Shown piece by piece: positions 39,737-54,719 of a DNA stretch of 64,000 nucleotides. Under the pieces are notes generated by a model. The model was not told the DNA's origin. It searched no databases and worked only from the letters and a program-made list of their open reading frames with translations. The stretch is from positions 213,342,001-213,406,000 of the forward strand of contig OZ024742.1 of assembly GCA_964016885.1 (NCBI GenBank), in the 5' to 3' direction. Numbering within the stretch: the first letter of the stretch is position 1; every line of letters starts with the position of its first letter. The position numbers and the translations under genes were made by a program. The stretch is from Eledone cirrhosa (lineage: Eukaryota).

Positions 39737-40781
39737 TTATGAGGAATTTCTGTACATGCTCTAGCCTTGGGCAGCTGCACAATGTTGCATCTTGAATGAA
39801 GGCACATACCAATGTCCATCCCAATATCTGGATATCCTCCTTCTCTGCCTGTTTTTCATAATCTTCGCTAATTTTCTTTCTTCCTTTTCTTTATTATCAT
39901 TTTCTTTTCCCATCTGTCTTCCTACATAATTCGATTTTACGCAATCCTTTTTATTTAACTTTCGTTATTTCAACTCTTTTTGTAAAATTGTTTTGTTTTT
40001 CTTTGTCTACAAAAGAAAAGAGATACTTTCCGGTACTAATTACTACTATACTTCACCAGCTTTGTATATAAGCAATACTTATCTATGAAGGCTTCTTTGT
40101 CGCTATCTACTGATGACGGCATCACACATTATTTTACTGCTGCGAATGTTAGAAACAAGGCCTTGTGCCAAGAGAAGTTATATTTAAGATAAATATGTAC
40201 AAAACGATCCCAGTACTTATCCTAAAGCTTGGCTCAATAGTTTGGCTGTCATCAAACTTAAACAGGGAAGGATATCAAAGATATCGAAAAGGAAAATACT
40301 TTCGTTATAGAAATTTAAATATTAAATTTAAAATAAAACAAACAGTAATACTCAAAAGTAAAAATACACTTCTATGCTTTAATTCTTTGCGCGCAGAGCA
40401 ATGAAGCAGCCTTCATACACTCAGTCAATGCCCATGTATGTGGAATTATGTTGAAAAACTGTTGTGGTGCGTAAAACGGATCTGGCTATCGACTGAGTCC
40501 ATCGAGAAGAACGCCCCACCGCCACAGGCAAAGGCAAGCAGTTTTTTTAAGTCTGTTGACTTTGGCGAAAGATGTTGTATAGTGGATTTGTGGGGTTCCC
40601 CAATTAGCCTTAGGTATTCAGCCCTCTGTACCAGACGGACTGAATGCCTTATAAAATTGTATAATGTTTATAACTAATTCATACACTGTACATACTTGTA
40701 ATCCCCCACCTTCAAGATATAACTTGTCTTTGCAATGTCCCCTTCATCCAATACCCTTGTGACAAATTAAAGTAACTATTA

Positions 40782-41005
40782 CTGGCCTACTGGTTAGGGT
40801 GTTGGACTTACGAACATAATGTCGTAGGTTCGATTCCTGGGCTGGGGTGCGTGTTATGTCCTTGAGAAAAACACTTCATTTCACGTTGCTCCAGTATACT
40901 CAGCTGAAAACGAGTTCCAGCAATAGCTGGGGGTTTAACCCTGTGGTGGACTAGCGTTCTGCCCAGGGGGGGGGAGTGTTGTACTCTCAGTCGCTTCACG
41001 CCATA
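40782..41005 (+). mobile_element. tRNA-derived SINE (second family), 3'-truncated
   Basis: A-box tggcctactgg, B-box ggttcgattcc, central gtccttgagaaaaacactt. Confidence 0.8.
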
Positions 41006-41084
41006 GTAGTATTAGTAGTAGTAGTAGTAGTAGTAGTAGTAGGGTAGTAGTAGTAGTAGTAGTCTAAAAAGTCTGTCTTAAGCC

Positions 41085-41329
41085 AAAAGGCTCGTTACGC
41101 CGGTTCTTTTGCCGGTTTCATGGCGTGAAGCGACTGAGAGTACAACACTCCCCCCCCCTGGGCAGAACGCCAGTCCACCACAGAGTTAAACCCCCAGCTA
41201 TTGCTGGAACTCGTTTTCAGCTGAGTATACTGGAGCAACGTGAAATGAAGTGTTTTTCTCAAGGACACAACATGCACCCCAGCCCAGGAATCGAACCCAC
41301 GACATTATGATCGTAAGTCCAACACCCTA
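41085..41329 (-). mobile_element. tRNA-derived SINE, inverted partner of 40782-41005
   Basis: Reverse complement closely matches 40794-41005. Confidence 0.8.
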
Positions 41330-41402
<73 letters not shown>

Positions 41403-41451
41403 TGTTGTTGTTGTAGTAATAGTAGTAGTATTACTGGTAGCAGCAGCAGTG

Positions 41452-41502
<51 letters not shown>

Positions 41503-41503
41503 A

Positions 41504-41535
<32 letters not shown>
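41329..41535. repeat. (AGT)n trinucleotide tract
   Basis: Direct run. Confidence 0.95.
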
Positions 41536-41536
<1 letters not shown>

Positions 41537-44101
41537 CTATTGTTTTTCTTCTTTTTCTTCTTTTCTCTCTCTGCCGCTCCTCTTTTCAGCCTCCCCCCAC
41601 CTCTTCGTGTCGCCTCCCCTCCATCTCCTATATATCCTCTATGCGGTAAACCAGTAAAGATAACAGCCTGACATACCAGCAGCACCAGAATCAGATACCA
41701 CCGTCAGCTTTTATTAGGAATGCACCTACCGGTCTTCAGGGTTTTTCTTTTTACCTTCGTCTTTTTATGTCACGTAATTGAGAATGTTTACATCATCAAC
41801 ATTCTGTGTGCAATTCTTGATGGTAAAACGGAGTACAAATCAGTTGGCGTATCGCCATACGTTGCGCAAATACTGAACTGCTAAAACTTTGAATTATTTG
41901 TCGTTTAGCATTATTTCCTTCACATTATCAGCCCCCTTCAGACCCTCAACTTCACTCTTCTTCCTTCCAGCCTTCTCTCTTCCCTACCTTTATTTAAATA
42001 GTTATGATTTATATATTTCTACAAATTTCAATTTCAGTGTTATATTTCCCTGATGACGTAACAGAACAAAATTACTTTATTTTATACGATTACAACAAAT
42101 ATTCTAACAAACACTTGACTGAAAACAGTCCTGAGAATAGAATAAAATATAATCATACTGAAACTATCGCTACATTTAGTCTTAAAGAGGTTTGATTTCT
42201 CTTTGGATTACATGTTTTTTTTTTTTATAATTGATTTATAAAAGTTTTCTATTATTTTCCTCCTTAAATTAGAAAAAATGATTTGAAGCCTCTAATCCCA
42301 ATACAAACATACTATTGTTATGGTCGAACGGTAATTTTTCTTATCATTGTTTGTTATATCCATTTCGTGCTGTACTATACAAAGGTTGGTCCTTGGGTGG
42401 TTCTGGTATATCAATGTTTTCTCTGAGAAGAGGTAATTTGCTCCTCACTCATTCCTGGCCTATATCTGGAGAAAGGGACACCATGATCATTCTTAAGGTA
42501 CAACGTAGCCGATTTCGGAAAGTGAGGTGGGGAGAAAGAGCTGGAAAGAGGGAGAAAGAAAGAAAACCTGACTTTAGTAATTGGCTGGTATTTAATTTAT
42601 CGATTCAGGAAGAATAGGAAAGAATGTTGATCTCTGCGAAGTCTAAACTCTGAGAGCCGAAACAAATAACGCCATTCTATTTAACATTTAAATGGTTCCG
42701 TTAATTTGCAACCTCAATTCTCTTGAAGAGTCGAATTAAATAAAAAGCAGCTTCAAAAATCTTTAGTTGATAGGCTTAACACGCTATTCCGTTTAACATC
42801 ACCACTTGACGTCTTTCACCGTTGTAGTAAAGATCAGGCTGTTGCAAACATTAAGACAAATATCCTGTATACTTCTCTGTCCATATTTCTTTCTGCAGAT
42901 GTTCAGACTAGTCACCAACTGCATCTTACTCACCTATTTGAGTAAATCTATAACGGTTTCTTGGTCTTTTCTTTCCAGAATTATTTTTTAAATCTTATGC
43001 TGACGCTTTTAAATCAGGCTGGTAGAAAAATGATTGTTTTTTTAAAAACATGATTTTTTAATTAATATAATTGTTAAAAAAAACCCAACAAAAACATCTT
43101 AATCAGTTTTACTGTTATGATGGCTCAAACCCTTGTTCACTGCAGTTCAAAAATATTGAAGGATCCTATTAATACTTAGTGGCGTTAGTTCCTGTGTTTC
43201 AAAGCCACCCTTGAGTTAGTGAGACCGTACTATATCTCCAAAATATTTTATAGCTTTTTTTTTTCTTCCATTGCAGCTTTACATATCCAAGTTGTTTTGC
43301 CTTTATCATATTATCACTTGCCTGAAGATATGTGTATCTCTATTGATCTTTCATCAATCAGCTGCCTGGTATATTGTCAGTGATAACACCATGTGATATT
43401 ATTCACCACATTATTTGACTGAAGCCCGTATCTGTCAAAAAGGAATAAAGAACATGACAGCTGAGACAGTTTTGATACTCAGGTGAAAATATTCCGTTAT
43501 ATTTACATTATTTATGTCTTTGAGAAGGATTCGATTGCCACACATTATGATGCCAATTTCTCCTATAGATATAAGATCATGTAATATCTCTGTGTAGGAT
43601 ATATGATATATATTAACCACTAGCAATTTAGGAGCTGTCAACAATTCTCTCACTATAAAAAGACAATATTCCATGATTTTCAAAAAGAACAAAGAGAGAA
43701 CAATGAGATACATGTGAGATACATAATGTTATATACACGAGGGCCTGAAATGGTACACGCCGCTTGTCTATTTAATCTCAACACAGAAATAAAGAAATAT
43801 ACTAATGTATCAAATATTTTTTTCAGTTACGGCTGGTGAATTAAAAAATGTATTCTCAGCATTCTAGATAAAAATCCAATAATCCATATCTTGTTATTGG
43901 CGCTGCCAGGGGAATTTTTATCTAAAAATCATGTTATAAAAATTTTAAATTGTAACATACATTGGTCATTGACTAGGCTGTTATATATCCACTTTCTCCG
44001 CAACATTGCTCTTCTCAGTCTTTCACTCATCTCTGACATAACTACCAGTATCTAAGAATTATAAATTATATTTATCATCTACTGCATACAGACACACACA
44101 A

Positions 44102-44175
<74 letters not shown>

Positions 44176-44264
44176 GTGTATGTGTATGTGCGTGTGTATG
44201 TGTGTGTGTGTCTCTCTCTCTAACTCTCTCTCTCTCTCTATCTCTCCCTCTCTCTCTCCCTCTC

Positions 44265-44540
44265 TCCTGCCGTAGCGCAGCAAACAGATTCGACTTCCGC
44301 CACCGCTCCAAATGGAGTAATATCTCTCGGGCTGAACACCTCGCTCTCCGCTCCCTCCGTAACCCTGATGACATCGTCATCAAACCGGCGCACAAGGGGC
44401 GCGCAGTGGTGGGTGGTGTGGCGCGCTGACCTCTACACGGCTGAGGCCCTCATGCAGCTCCGCAACCTTCTCTTCTACCACTCCCTATCCTCCCCCCCCC
44501 CGAAACCCAGCAATAAGTTTCTTCCACCATCCAACACCCC
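44265..44540 (+). mobile_element. internal PLE fragment related to the 8-11.7 kb element
   Basis: SNISRAEHLALRSLRNPDDIVIKPAHKGRAVV..WRADLYTAEAL parallels SNITRTDLSALRNLRCRDDVVIKPADNGGAVVVWSADLYRAEAL. Confidence 0.8.
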
Positions 44541-44890
44541 TTCCCATATATATATTGCTATTTCAGAGCCCCAATTCTAATTTTTAATTTCTGCCTGACC
44601 AACAACCGCTCTGCATAATCAGCTCCTGATTATTTACTAGATTTCTATAAGAATATAACATCAATGATCTCAGTAGACAGGTGGGGTAGTTGGCCTTGAT
44701 AAGCTTCAACCAAAGCGAAACAAGTCTTGTCGGCTTATCTCCCCTGTTTGCTGAGATCAAAGTGAGTGAATTTGTCACTACTTTAAAACAATAGCTTACG
44801 GTCTTCAAAATGCTTTTAATTAAGCATAAATTCTATTGCAAAATACATTATATATACATCCATATATATATTGCTATTTCAGAGCCCCAA

Positions 44891-44985
<95 letters not shown>

Positions 44986-45191
44986 ACACACACACACCCA
45001 CACCCACACACATATATATATATGTATGTATTGGAACTAGCTGTTGAAACGGCAGGAGTTCAGCCGTCGGGGTCCAGAATATATTTTAAAAAAATATATA
45101 TATATATATATATTTATATTTACAGAGAGATTAAGAGAGAGAAAGAGAGGGAGAGATTGAGATAGAGAAAGAGAGGGAGAGATAGAGATAT

Positions 45192-45236
<45 letters not shown>

Positions 45237-45524
45237 GAGAGAGATAATGGTTCTTATTCCGTTATTGGCGACATCAAGAGTCTCTTTGTTTCTTACGTTG
45301 TCATAAACATCCAAATTGTAAATGCTTTGGTGAAACTTGCATGTGTGTTAGTAAACGTTTTCCTCTACATTTTCAAATTATATCGCCCCATATATACTCC
45401 ATGATCCCATTAAACTACATAGAACAGTGAAACAAAATCTTTATTCCCAACAGAGAAATTTATATAAACAGATAAAATAGACATATTTTCTAAAATTTGA
45501 GTTTCCCACTCGTGATTGTCAAAA

Positions 45525-45575
<51 letters not shown>

Positions 45576-46134
45576 ATCAAACGTCGACTCTCCCAAAGTA
45601 GTGAGAAACTGTGAGTATGGCAGTAAGATTTTGACATAAGCTATTGAGAAGACTAACTCGTTTAAACATATACTATAAACACATAGAGACATGTCATATT
45701 CGGTTCACTTTTCCAGAATCACATTTGTAACTAAAAAAAAATCTCATTATAAATAAAATCTTGATAATTAGAGCCGGGTACTTATACGTATTACTCTTAA
45801 TTACTCGACTGCCACTAATAATAAAGCAGACTACTTTGATACTCCACATGAAGCTGTTAGCCAGATGTATAGACATATTCTTTTTCATCCGACACGTGCA
45901 CACCCTCATACCTTCACACCCTCATACCTGCACGCCCTCACACACACACCCGCACACACACATACACACTCACGCACTCATCCCCCCCCACGCGCGCGCA
46001 CACACACAGACATATTCAGCTGGTATTTATTTCTCCAATCTAAACTATAGTAAAGTAAGAAGCGTGGGACTACGTACGGTTTATAATTTTTTATCCCATT
46101 AGTAAAATAAGTTGGATTACTTTGAATAAATAAT

Positions 46135-46319
46135 TGTTTCTACTTTAGGCACAAGGCCAGCAATTACCCAGTGCGTTACTGGTACTTTATTTCATCGACC
46201 CCGTAAGGATGAAAGGCAAAGTCAACCTCGGCGGGATTTGAACTCAGATCGTAAAGGGACGTAACTATGCTGGAAAGCATAACGTCCGACCCTCTACCGA
46301 TACTGCCAATCCGCCGCCC
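46135..46319 (-). mobile_element. tRNA-derived SINE with a 14-bp TSD
   Basis: tttgaataaataat at 46121 and 46320. Confidence 0.85.
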
Positions 46320-46842
46320 TTTGAATAAATAATGAATGAATATTACATAATTTATCTACTAAATTTCGTGGCTGTTCATTAAGTATATTTTATTATTTAT
46401 TTCAAGATTCACTTCTTTAAAATTTTCAAATGTCAACACTTCCGGTGGCGATCGCTTAAATAAACATATTAATTTTCTGTCACTAATTTTCTCCTAATGT
46501 AGTTTATATATAATATTGTCTTTTTTTTTTATGTTTCGTGGATTACGTTACTTATTACATAAGACAGTGTAACACAGTCTCTCTTCAATTTCTGTGTATA
46601 TTGTCAATTACAATTTTATTTGAGGTATCATATCTACATGTATATATATACTTGCGTATAATGTCAATATACACACTACACATGCTAGCAGAAAACCACT
46701 AGTTGATATACTGTCAGGAATTCTGAAGGTGAAAATGCATCAAATCGAACCCGGCTCACATGTACTAGTATTTTTGTGGAGCCAAGAAGAGTGGTATGCA
46801 AAATTACCTGACTAGATTGGAAATCAGTAGTATCTAGGATAT

Positions 46843-46849
<7 letters not shown>

Positions 46850-46897
<48 letters not shown>

Positions 46898-47626
46898 GAC
46901 GAAGTTTTCTGTATGTGTTTGTATGTGAGTGTGGACAATTTTTAATGAGGGCTCATATATTCTAAACCATTCATGCGATTTCTTTGAAATTTTTTACAGA
47001 GCTTCTCCTTGCACAAAACCTGTACATGATCGACAAAGGCTTTCAAGAATCGATATTGGAGCCTGTGGAGACATTAAAAAAGTTTCGTTTATTTATGTCA
47101 ATTTTCGTGATTAAGTAAGACAAGAGTTATCTTTCGTAATTCGGCTCATTCGGATTTTAATTTACTCTTTGTACTTGATACAAAAGGTACGCTTCCTGGA
47201 GACTAACAATATCATTTTGTATATTTCACAACCAGCAATTTCTAACAGATTACTAAGTTAAGTTATAGATTTGACATTGTATAATTTATCGTTTCAAGCT
47301 TGATGTTCATACATTAAGTGATGTCATAACTTTTACAATATTATACTTTGTACATAATAGTGTCTATTATTCACTTCACTTCTCTATTTCATAATGCGCT
47401 TTTACTGTTGTCAAACATTTTTTTACCTAGACTGGATTTCTGTTGTTACATGGTATAGCGGATGACACCGAGCTCACATATTAATTAATACGCCGGAATA
47501 GTGCCTAACGTTTTCATGTTTACATAAAGTACGTTTTTCTTCTATGTATTCAAATTTACTTTGTTTAGTTTAATGAGCTACATCGAAAGCTACTTGAACC
47601 GTCCAAAGGACGGGTAGTTTAGCTAG
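46850..47626 (+). mobile_element. non-autonomous Helitron
   Basis: 3' hairpin ccgtcc-aaa-ggacgg (47599-47613) then CTAG^T at 47623-47626; the 5' end merges into (TA)n. Confidence 0.6.
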
Positions 47627-48399
47627 TATATGTATAAAAATAAAAAAGAAACGAGGAAGTTTCATTTACATATGAAAATATTTATTGTGTATCGACCTGT
47701 TATGCGCGTTTCGCAGAGGATTGGCTCAAGGTGACCCATTTAGTTTTTTTCTATTATATACATTCTGCCTGTGCAGAGTGCTTTATTTGGTATTGTATAT
47801 ATATATATATATATATAAGTGTGTGTGTCTATATTTATGTGTGCGTGTGTGCATGCATATATATGTCTCATAAACATACAGCCCCAGTAATTATTCTTTT
47901 TTAAAAGCTAAGTACTTATTTTGTCGATTTCTATTTGTCGATTCACTAAATTACAGACATAATCAACCAGTGGACGGAAATGTTGATCTTGACACACATA
48001 AACATATATGAACAAATATACACACTCAAACACACATACACTTACATATATACATATATACACACACACTCACCCTTTGGGTACAGCTGTTTCTCAGGTT
48101 GTTTGTTTCAAATTTTCATTGAAACAATTCATCAGCCTATATTGGCTCCATTTTGTAATGGTTCTGTTCTTGTCCTTCAAATGCTAAACATTTCCCAAAA
48201 AAAAGAAAAAAAGAAAGGTTACGAAATATATAGGGCGGCATGTTTAGATACAGAGATATTTTAAATGAAATTAAGTGAGGTAAGAGGCAGTTAATAAGAG
48301 AAATCGATAGATATAGTCTAGGACAATTAAGGGGAAGTAACTGTTGGAAGGCCCACGAAAGAGAGAAGATAAAAATATAAGAAATTATGTTTGAAGAAG

Positions 48400-49570
48400 T
48401 GGATCAATGTTGCAAAACTGAACTGATAAGATATGGAAGAAATTTAGGAACAAAAGAAAACAAGAGAAGTATATTCCAAAGAGACAGCCTATCACCACTG
48501 ATGTTTATTCTGTGTATGATACCACTGATAGTACTTTTAAGAAAAGCTAAGACTGGGTATGAATTCAAAATCGCCAGCAAAAAGTCAACCAATTATTATT
48601 CATAGACGACCCCAATATTTATGGTATAAATGAATCTCAGCTAGGTTCCCTCGTTGATACGTTAAGTACATTTAGTGTTGATATCAGAATGGTGTTTGGA
48701 TTAAAAAAGTAAAAAGTGTGGTGTACTAATCTTGAACAGAGGCAAAATTAAAAGCATTGAGGGGTTGGTGCTGCCACCAGGGGAGGTTATGAAGCAAATA
48801 GAAGAGGTGGGTTATAAATACTTAGGGATATTTGAAGTTGATAAGATAATGCAGGAGGAAATGAAAGAAAAATTGAAGGTGGAATACATGCACAGACTGA
48901 GACTTATTCTCAAGCAGAATCTAAATGAACGGAATAAGATGGAAGCTATCAATACATGGGTGGTATCATTCCTTAGATATGGAGTAGGGGTGATCACATG
49001 AACAGTAGAAGAGCTAAACAGTTAGACCGACGGAAAAGAAACATATTAACTAGATATGGCGTATTTCACCCAAAGAGCGACACACAGATTATATGTACCA
49101 AGAAAAAGAGGAGGAAGAGGACTGACAGTGTGTGAAGACAACATTAGAACAAGAAAATAACATGCTGCAGTACATAAAATATTTCACAGAACTGCTGTTG
49201 CTGGAAGTAAGGTCACGGCTGTGCAAAATAGAAGATTGTATAGAAAAGACACAGTACAAGCATTAGAAGATGGATGAAATTGAAAGTAGATGGACAGAAA
49301 CACGATTGTATGGACAATTCCATAGAGATGTTGAAGATAGGACAGACAGAGAAAAAGAAGTAGTTATGGATGGCTAAAAGTGATCTAAAACTGGAAACAG
49401 AAGTCTTAATCTGTGCTACTCAAGGACAAGCACAAAGAGCTAACTACATCAAGCAGAAAGTGATAAGTGTAGAATTTGTGGCATGAATGGTGAAACTGTA
49501 TGGCAATGTACACTACTAGCTCAGAAAGAATATAAGAGGCGTCACGACATAGCAAGGATAGTCCATTCGG
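48400..49570 (+). mobile_element. R4/Dong-like non-LTR retrotransposon RT to zinc-knuckle fragment, decayed
   Basis: IFQRDSLSPLMF; GYKYLGI; NKMEAINTW; LYVPRKRGGRGL; LYGQF; LKLETE; CRICG...ET; AQKEYKRRHD. Confidence 0.8.
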
Positions 49571-49679
49571 TCTCACTAACTCAAGGGCGTGTATTATCAA
49601 ATATCGCCTCAGGTGCCAGGTTGACACTCGACGTAATTTGAGAAAGAAGCAGAATTCAAAGGAAATTTCAAATAATAAT

Positions 49680-49867
49680 TGTTTCTACATTTGGCACAAG
49701 GCCAGCAATTACCCAGTGTATTATTGGTACTTTATTTTATCGACCCCGTAAGGATGAAAGGCAAAGTTAGCCTCGGCAGGATTTGAACTCAGATCATAAA
49801 GGGACGTAACTCTATGCTTCAAAGCATGGTGTCCGACTCTCTACCAATACTGCCAATCCACCGCCCT
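49680..49867 (-). mobile_element. tRNA-derived SINE with a TSD of about 17 bp
   Basis: aaattt(c/t)aaataataat on both sides. Confidence 0.85.
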
Positions 49868-50003
49868 AAATTTTAAATAATAATAATAACAAGTAAGAAA
49901 AAAAGGAGGGGGACATGGAGGAGCATAAGAATGAGGACAATAAACATAGGTGAAAGAGGTGAAAGAAGAAGAGGTGGAGATGGATGTGGTGAAAGAGGAG
50001 GGT

Positions 50004-50095
50004 GAAGAAGAAGAAGAAGAAGAAGAAGAAGAAGAAGAAGAAGAAGAAGAAGAAGAAGAAGAAGAAGAAGAAGAAGAAGAAGAAGAAGAAGAAGA
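50004..50095. repeat. (GAA)n microsatellite
   Basis: Direct run. Confidence 0.95.
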
Positions 50096-50825
50096 TAAGT
50101 AGTTGTAATTTTAGTTACAGGGTTTAGAATCGCGAGAGTCCAGATTACCTCTAGAGTTTAATGGCCTAGCGTGCATATTTTGTCGCATGATGTTTGATTG
50201 ATTCTAACAAAGTTGTCCGGCATATGAGATCTAACTATGGCGTGATCATAACATTTCAGCTGTTATTTCTTCTGGCAAACTTTAAATAGAGGCTGGACAT
50301 TAATAGAATAGCCTATCTTACTAACGCTAAGTGGGTGACACATATTAACGTATGGAGATAGAGAAGTAAAGTGGAACAGAAAAATTCAATTAGAAGACTT
50401 AATGTCTTCAAAGAGAATGGTAAACGCCTTGTAATGTAATCGCAAAGAAGGTTTGCAATTTTCCTTCTTAAATGTGTGCTTATTATATCAAAACTATACA
50501 TTTTTTTATAGAATAATTCACAGAATAACCCCTATGGTGTATATATATGTGATAGTGCGCATGTGTCAGAAATTTCTCTACTTTTCTTCATGATGGCTAT
50601 AGAGTTGATAGGTGCAAGAATCAGTTCGGAATGAATGAAAACTCCAGAACAGCTGGTACTGACACGAGTGAGCCAGTCTGATCTCCCTTAAACCACACCT
50701 TACCATCTCAAAAGAACGGTTGCATACTGTTGTCCTGAAAATTTGGATGAAAATGGGATAGTTACAGCTGGAAGGCTTTTGGAAATGTCTACGTGATCAG
50801 AGCTGACCCTGGTTTAAACAATAAT

Positions 50826-50995
50826 TGTTTCTACTTTTGGCACGAGGCCAGCGATTATCCCAGTGCATTACTGGTACTTTATTTTATCGACCCCGTAAGG
50901 ATGAAAGGCAAAGTTAACCTTGGCGGGATTTGAACTCAGATCGTAAAGGGCCGTAACTCTGTTCAAATCCCGGCGAGGTTAACTTTGCCTTTCAT
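50826..50995 (-). mobile_element. 5'-truncated SINE with inverted duplication and an 18-bp TSD
   Basis: cctggtttaaacaataat at 50808 and 50996; 50961-50998 is an opposite-orientation SINE segment. Confidence 0.8.
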
Positions 50996-52677
50996 CCTGG
51001 TTTAAACAATAATAACTACCCTGTGCTTGTAAGGAAGACAATACTGTTATAGTGGAATCAAGGTAAAAATAAAAACCCTCTTAGCCTGGTTGTATAAGAT
51101 CTTCCAACAATGTCGACGGCATACCAAAACCCCGAAAGCAGCAACCTGTTCATAATGCAGAGGTAGATTAAGGAATACTGCTTTGTAATTTAAGGGGAGT
51201 GAATTCGATCGTCAGTGAGCATCACATTGACCGTGTGACGCAGTATCCTTAAATGTTCAAGATACGGAGTTTTTTTTCTCCCGAGACTCTTAAATACCAG
51301 AAAAAATGGAATTTTATTACGTTCCTACGATAGTGGCTTGGTCTCCCAACATGCTTTGCGTGAAATGCATTGTGTAGAGTCCAGTTGCTCTTGCGAAACT
51401 TCATATTGTTAGTGGAGGAGTGTAGATTTGCAAAAGCTGGCAACCACATAATGCTCGGTGATCAGTGAAACCTATGTTTCATGCAACTCAGTGAATAGCA
51501 TTGACAGGAAGGAAAGGAAGGTGACACAAACTATTAAGATGTTAGAAACCAATATAAAGGAGCTGATAGGTAGTATGCATAATAGATGACATAGGCGGTT
51601 ACGGTAGTGGAACAAATATTTATCATACCAAAATACCAAAGAAAGGTGACATATCGTGACTAGAGAAAGTTTCTAGGTTGCCTAAAGAAGAGCAGTTAAG
51701 AAACTAATGTGAATAGATAGTTAATGAGACAGATGAACAAGGAAAGCTATTGGTGTGGGTGATATATATCTGTAGAGAATATTATTGTAGCATGCAAGTC
51801 ATCCCCTGCAGAGTATGTCTGGTGCATTACCTGTTCCTGGTAATTTGCATTAAAATAGCAATTTTGCACCGCCAATGTAAATGAGAGTCATCACTGTTTT
51901 TCTTTTTCGAGAAAAGGCAAGAAAGTAAAACACAAGAGTCCAAACTAAGGAAAACCATAACTGAGAAAACTATAACCAAGATGGGTTTGAATAAAGTACA
52001 TATGTTCCCAAACCATATAACAATAACGAAGCAAAGCGCTGGCTTTATAGCATTATCTGACTTGATAAATGTCCTAATTACTTATTCAGTTGAATGCAAT
52101 ACAGCTTGTGTACAATGAAAGGAAGAGCTTAAAATATGAAATATTTGGCGAGTAATACGAGGCAGTATATAGTTTTTTTCTCCAGTCATTGAGAGAAATT
52201 GCGGCTTTGTAGCTAGATCCGCATTTGCCTGCCTCAACAGAATTGTATTTAGAGACAGTAACAGAGCAATAAGTCACGAACTAGAGGGCGGGATCAAAGA
52301 ATGTGACACCACGTATCTCACAGGAGTATGGAAGAAAAAGACAAAATGCTTAAGTTTGATATATTTTAATACTTTTCTGAGTAGATAATTTATTAATATA
52401 TCTTATCCTTTCATTGAGATGTTTACATATTAGAAGGAGTTAACTTGTCTTTGCGTGTAATTGTTTTCACCGCTCCAAATAATGACGTATTATCTTCGTT
52501 TTTTTCTGTTCTTTGCCAGGGAACGTTTCCACGAACCAAAGTATCGTCTTCCTGTCTTCCTCCGGTTGCAACGTTTTTGAAATATTTACTTCTGCGTTCA
52601 CAGATTGACTTTTTTAGTTTCAGAAGATCTCGTTAAGGGTGAAAGCAGCGATTCTTTGCTTAAACTTTAATCTGTTA

Positions 52678-52764
<87 letters not shown>

Positions 52765-52828
52765 ATGTGTGTGTGTGTGTGTATCCCGGGTTCTGGCTTA
52801 GTGATTACAGCGTTGGATTCACTATTCC

Positions 52829-52882
<54 letters not shown>

Positions 52883-52977
52883 TAACTCACTCGATATGCA
52901 AATTAGGCTGCTCAGCCGTTAATATGCATAAGGAAAGTATATACTTTCAAACGTTCGATCATCTGATAGGAAGGTAT

Positions 52978-53020
52978 ACGATGCTGACGATAGCTATTAA
53001 GCTTGAAACTAGTTCATCGT
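52978..53020 (+). ncRNA. minimal type I hammerhead motif, family E
   Basis: acgatg-CTGACGA-tagct atta agctt-GAAA-C ta G-TT-catcgt; perfect 6-bp stem I, GUU triad; within element 52883-53280. Confidence 0.8.
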
Positions 53021-53158
53021 TCCTTTGTCAGTGTTGAACAAAAGGGTAACGATGGTTGCTAGACACTGTACGGCTTAATTCTGGCTGTTTGTTTACAAAC
53101 AAACCGAACATTATAATAAATGTTCGGTAAATCCATACGTACATATATATATGTGTGC

Positions 53159-53231
<73 letters not shown>

Positions 53232-53278
53232 CTACTGTACGTCTGTATACATATATGTATGTACGTATACATACTTAC

Positions 53279-53345
<67 letters not shown>

Positions 53346-54326
53346 TATATATTTATATATACACGTACACATATCTGAGTGTGTGTGCCTGCGTGTATAT
53401 TGGCTGTGGAAACGAGAAGCAAATGTAATAAGTGTAGTAGTAGAGTTGGTAGATAGATACGGAGAGAGGACAAGCTGATAGAGAAATAGGTGAAATCAAT
53501 TAGACAGTCTTTATATATTGCAGCCAAGATCATGTGGCTGCCAGGGACGAGATAGTTGGCTGGAAGTCCAATTCCGTTTCTCATCACGGACAGTTAGTGT
53601 GTGAATCTGTGTGTGTGTGAGTGTGCGAGTGTGCGTGTGTGTGTGTGTGTGTATGTCATTTTTTTGTGGCGGAGGAAGGGAGAGAAAAAGAGAAAACAAA
53701 CGAGTAAATGAGTAAATAAAAGAGTTGAGGGATAAAATCCGAAATTTGGTGCTGGTGTGGTTGTAAGTATAGCAATGGCGTTCGTTGAGATGATGGTGTT
53801 GGTGGCGCTGGTGGTCTTGATGTTTGTGTTGTTGTTATTGTTGCTGTAGGAGTGGTTTGGGTGGGGGGGGGGGAATCAATGAATGAGTGAGGGGAAAAAC
53901 ACTGGATGTGATTGAATGAATTTAGAGACGAGGGGGAGGGTGGGAGAAGTAGGAGTAGAACAAATATGACCAGGCGTAGTAGTAGGAGGGGGAGGAGGAG
54001 CATTGCGACCATGACAGTGATGATAATGATGGCGATGCTGATGATGATGATAATAATGATGACGACGATGATGACAGTGATGGTGATGAGAATGGCAACA
54101 ATAGGAAATAAGTGGTAGTGGATAAGAGAAAGGCCATGCACAATAGACAGATCAGGAAGAGGTTGGAGTAGGTGCTTTATGTAGTGGTGTGGTGTTGATT
54201 CTGTTATTGGTAGAGATAGCATTAGTGGTGATAGTGATATTGCCGAAGGTGGTGATGTTATTGTTGTTTAGTAGCCTCAGGGTAGGTAAGATTGAGCTGA
54301 CCTAAGATAATATATATATATATATA

Positions 54327-54706
<380 letters not shown>

Positions 54707-54719
54707 TTTTAATATAGAT

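Noticed and set aside
40108-40170. CTGATGA-cggca...tgctg as a hammerhead
   Set aside because: GAAA and stems I/III cannot be placed consistently; at best a heavily decayed motif.
43290-43720. Possible host exon or transposase remnant (also 37742-38152 and 51249-51449)
   Set aside because: No recognisable domain or splice context; stops in alternative frames.
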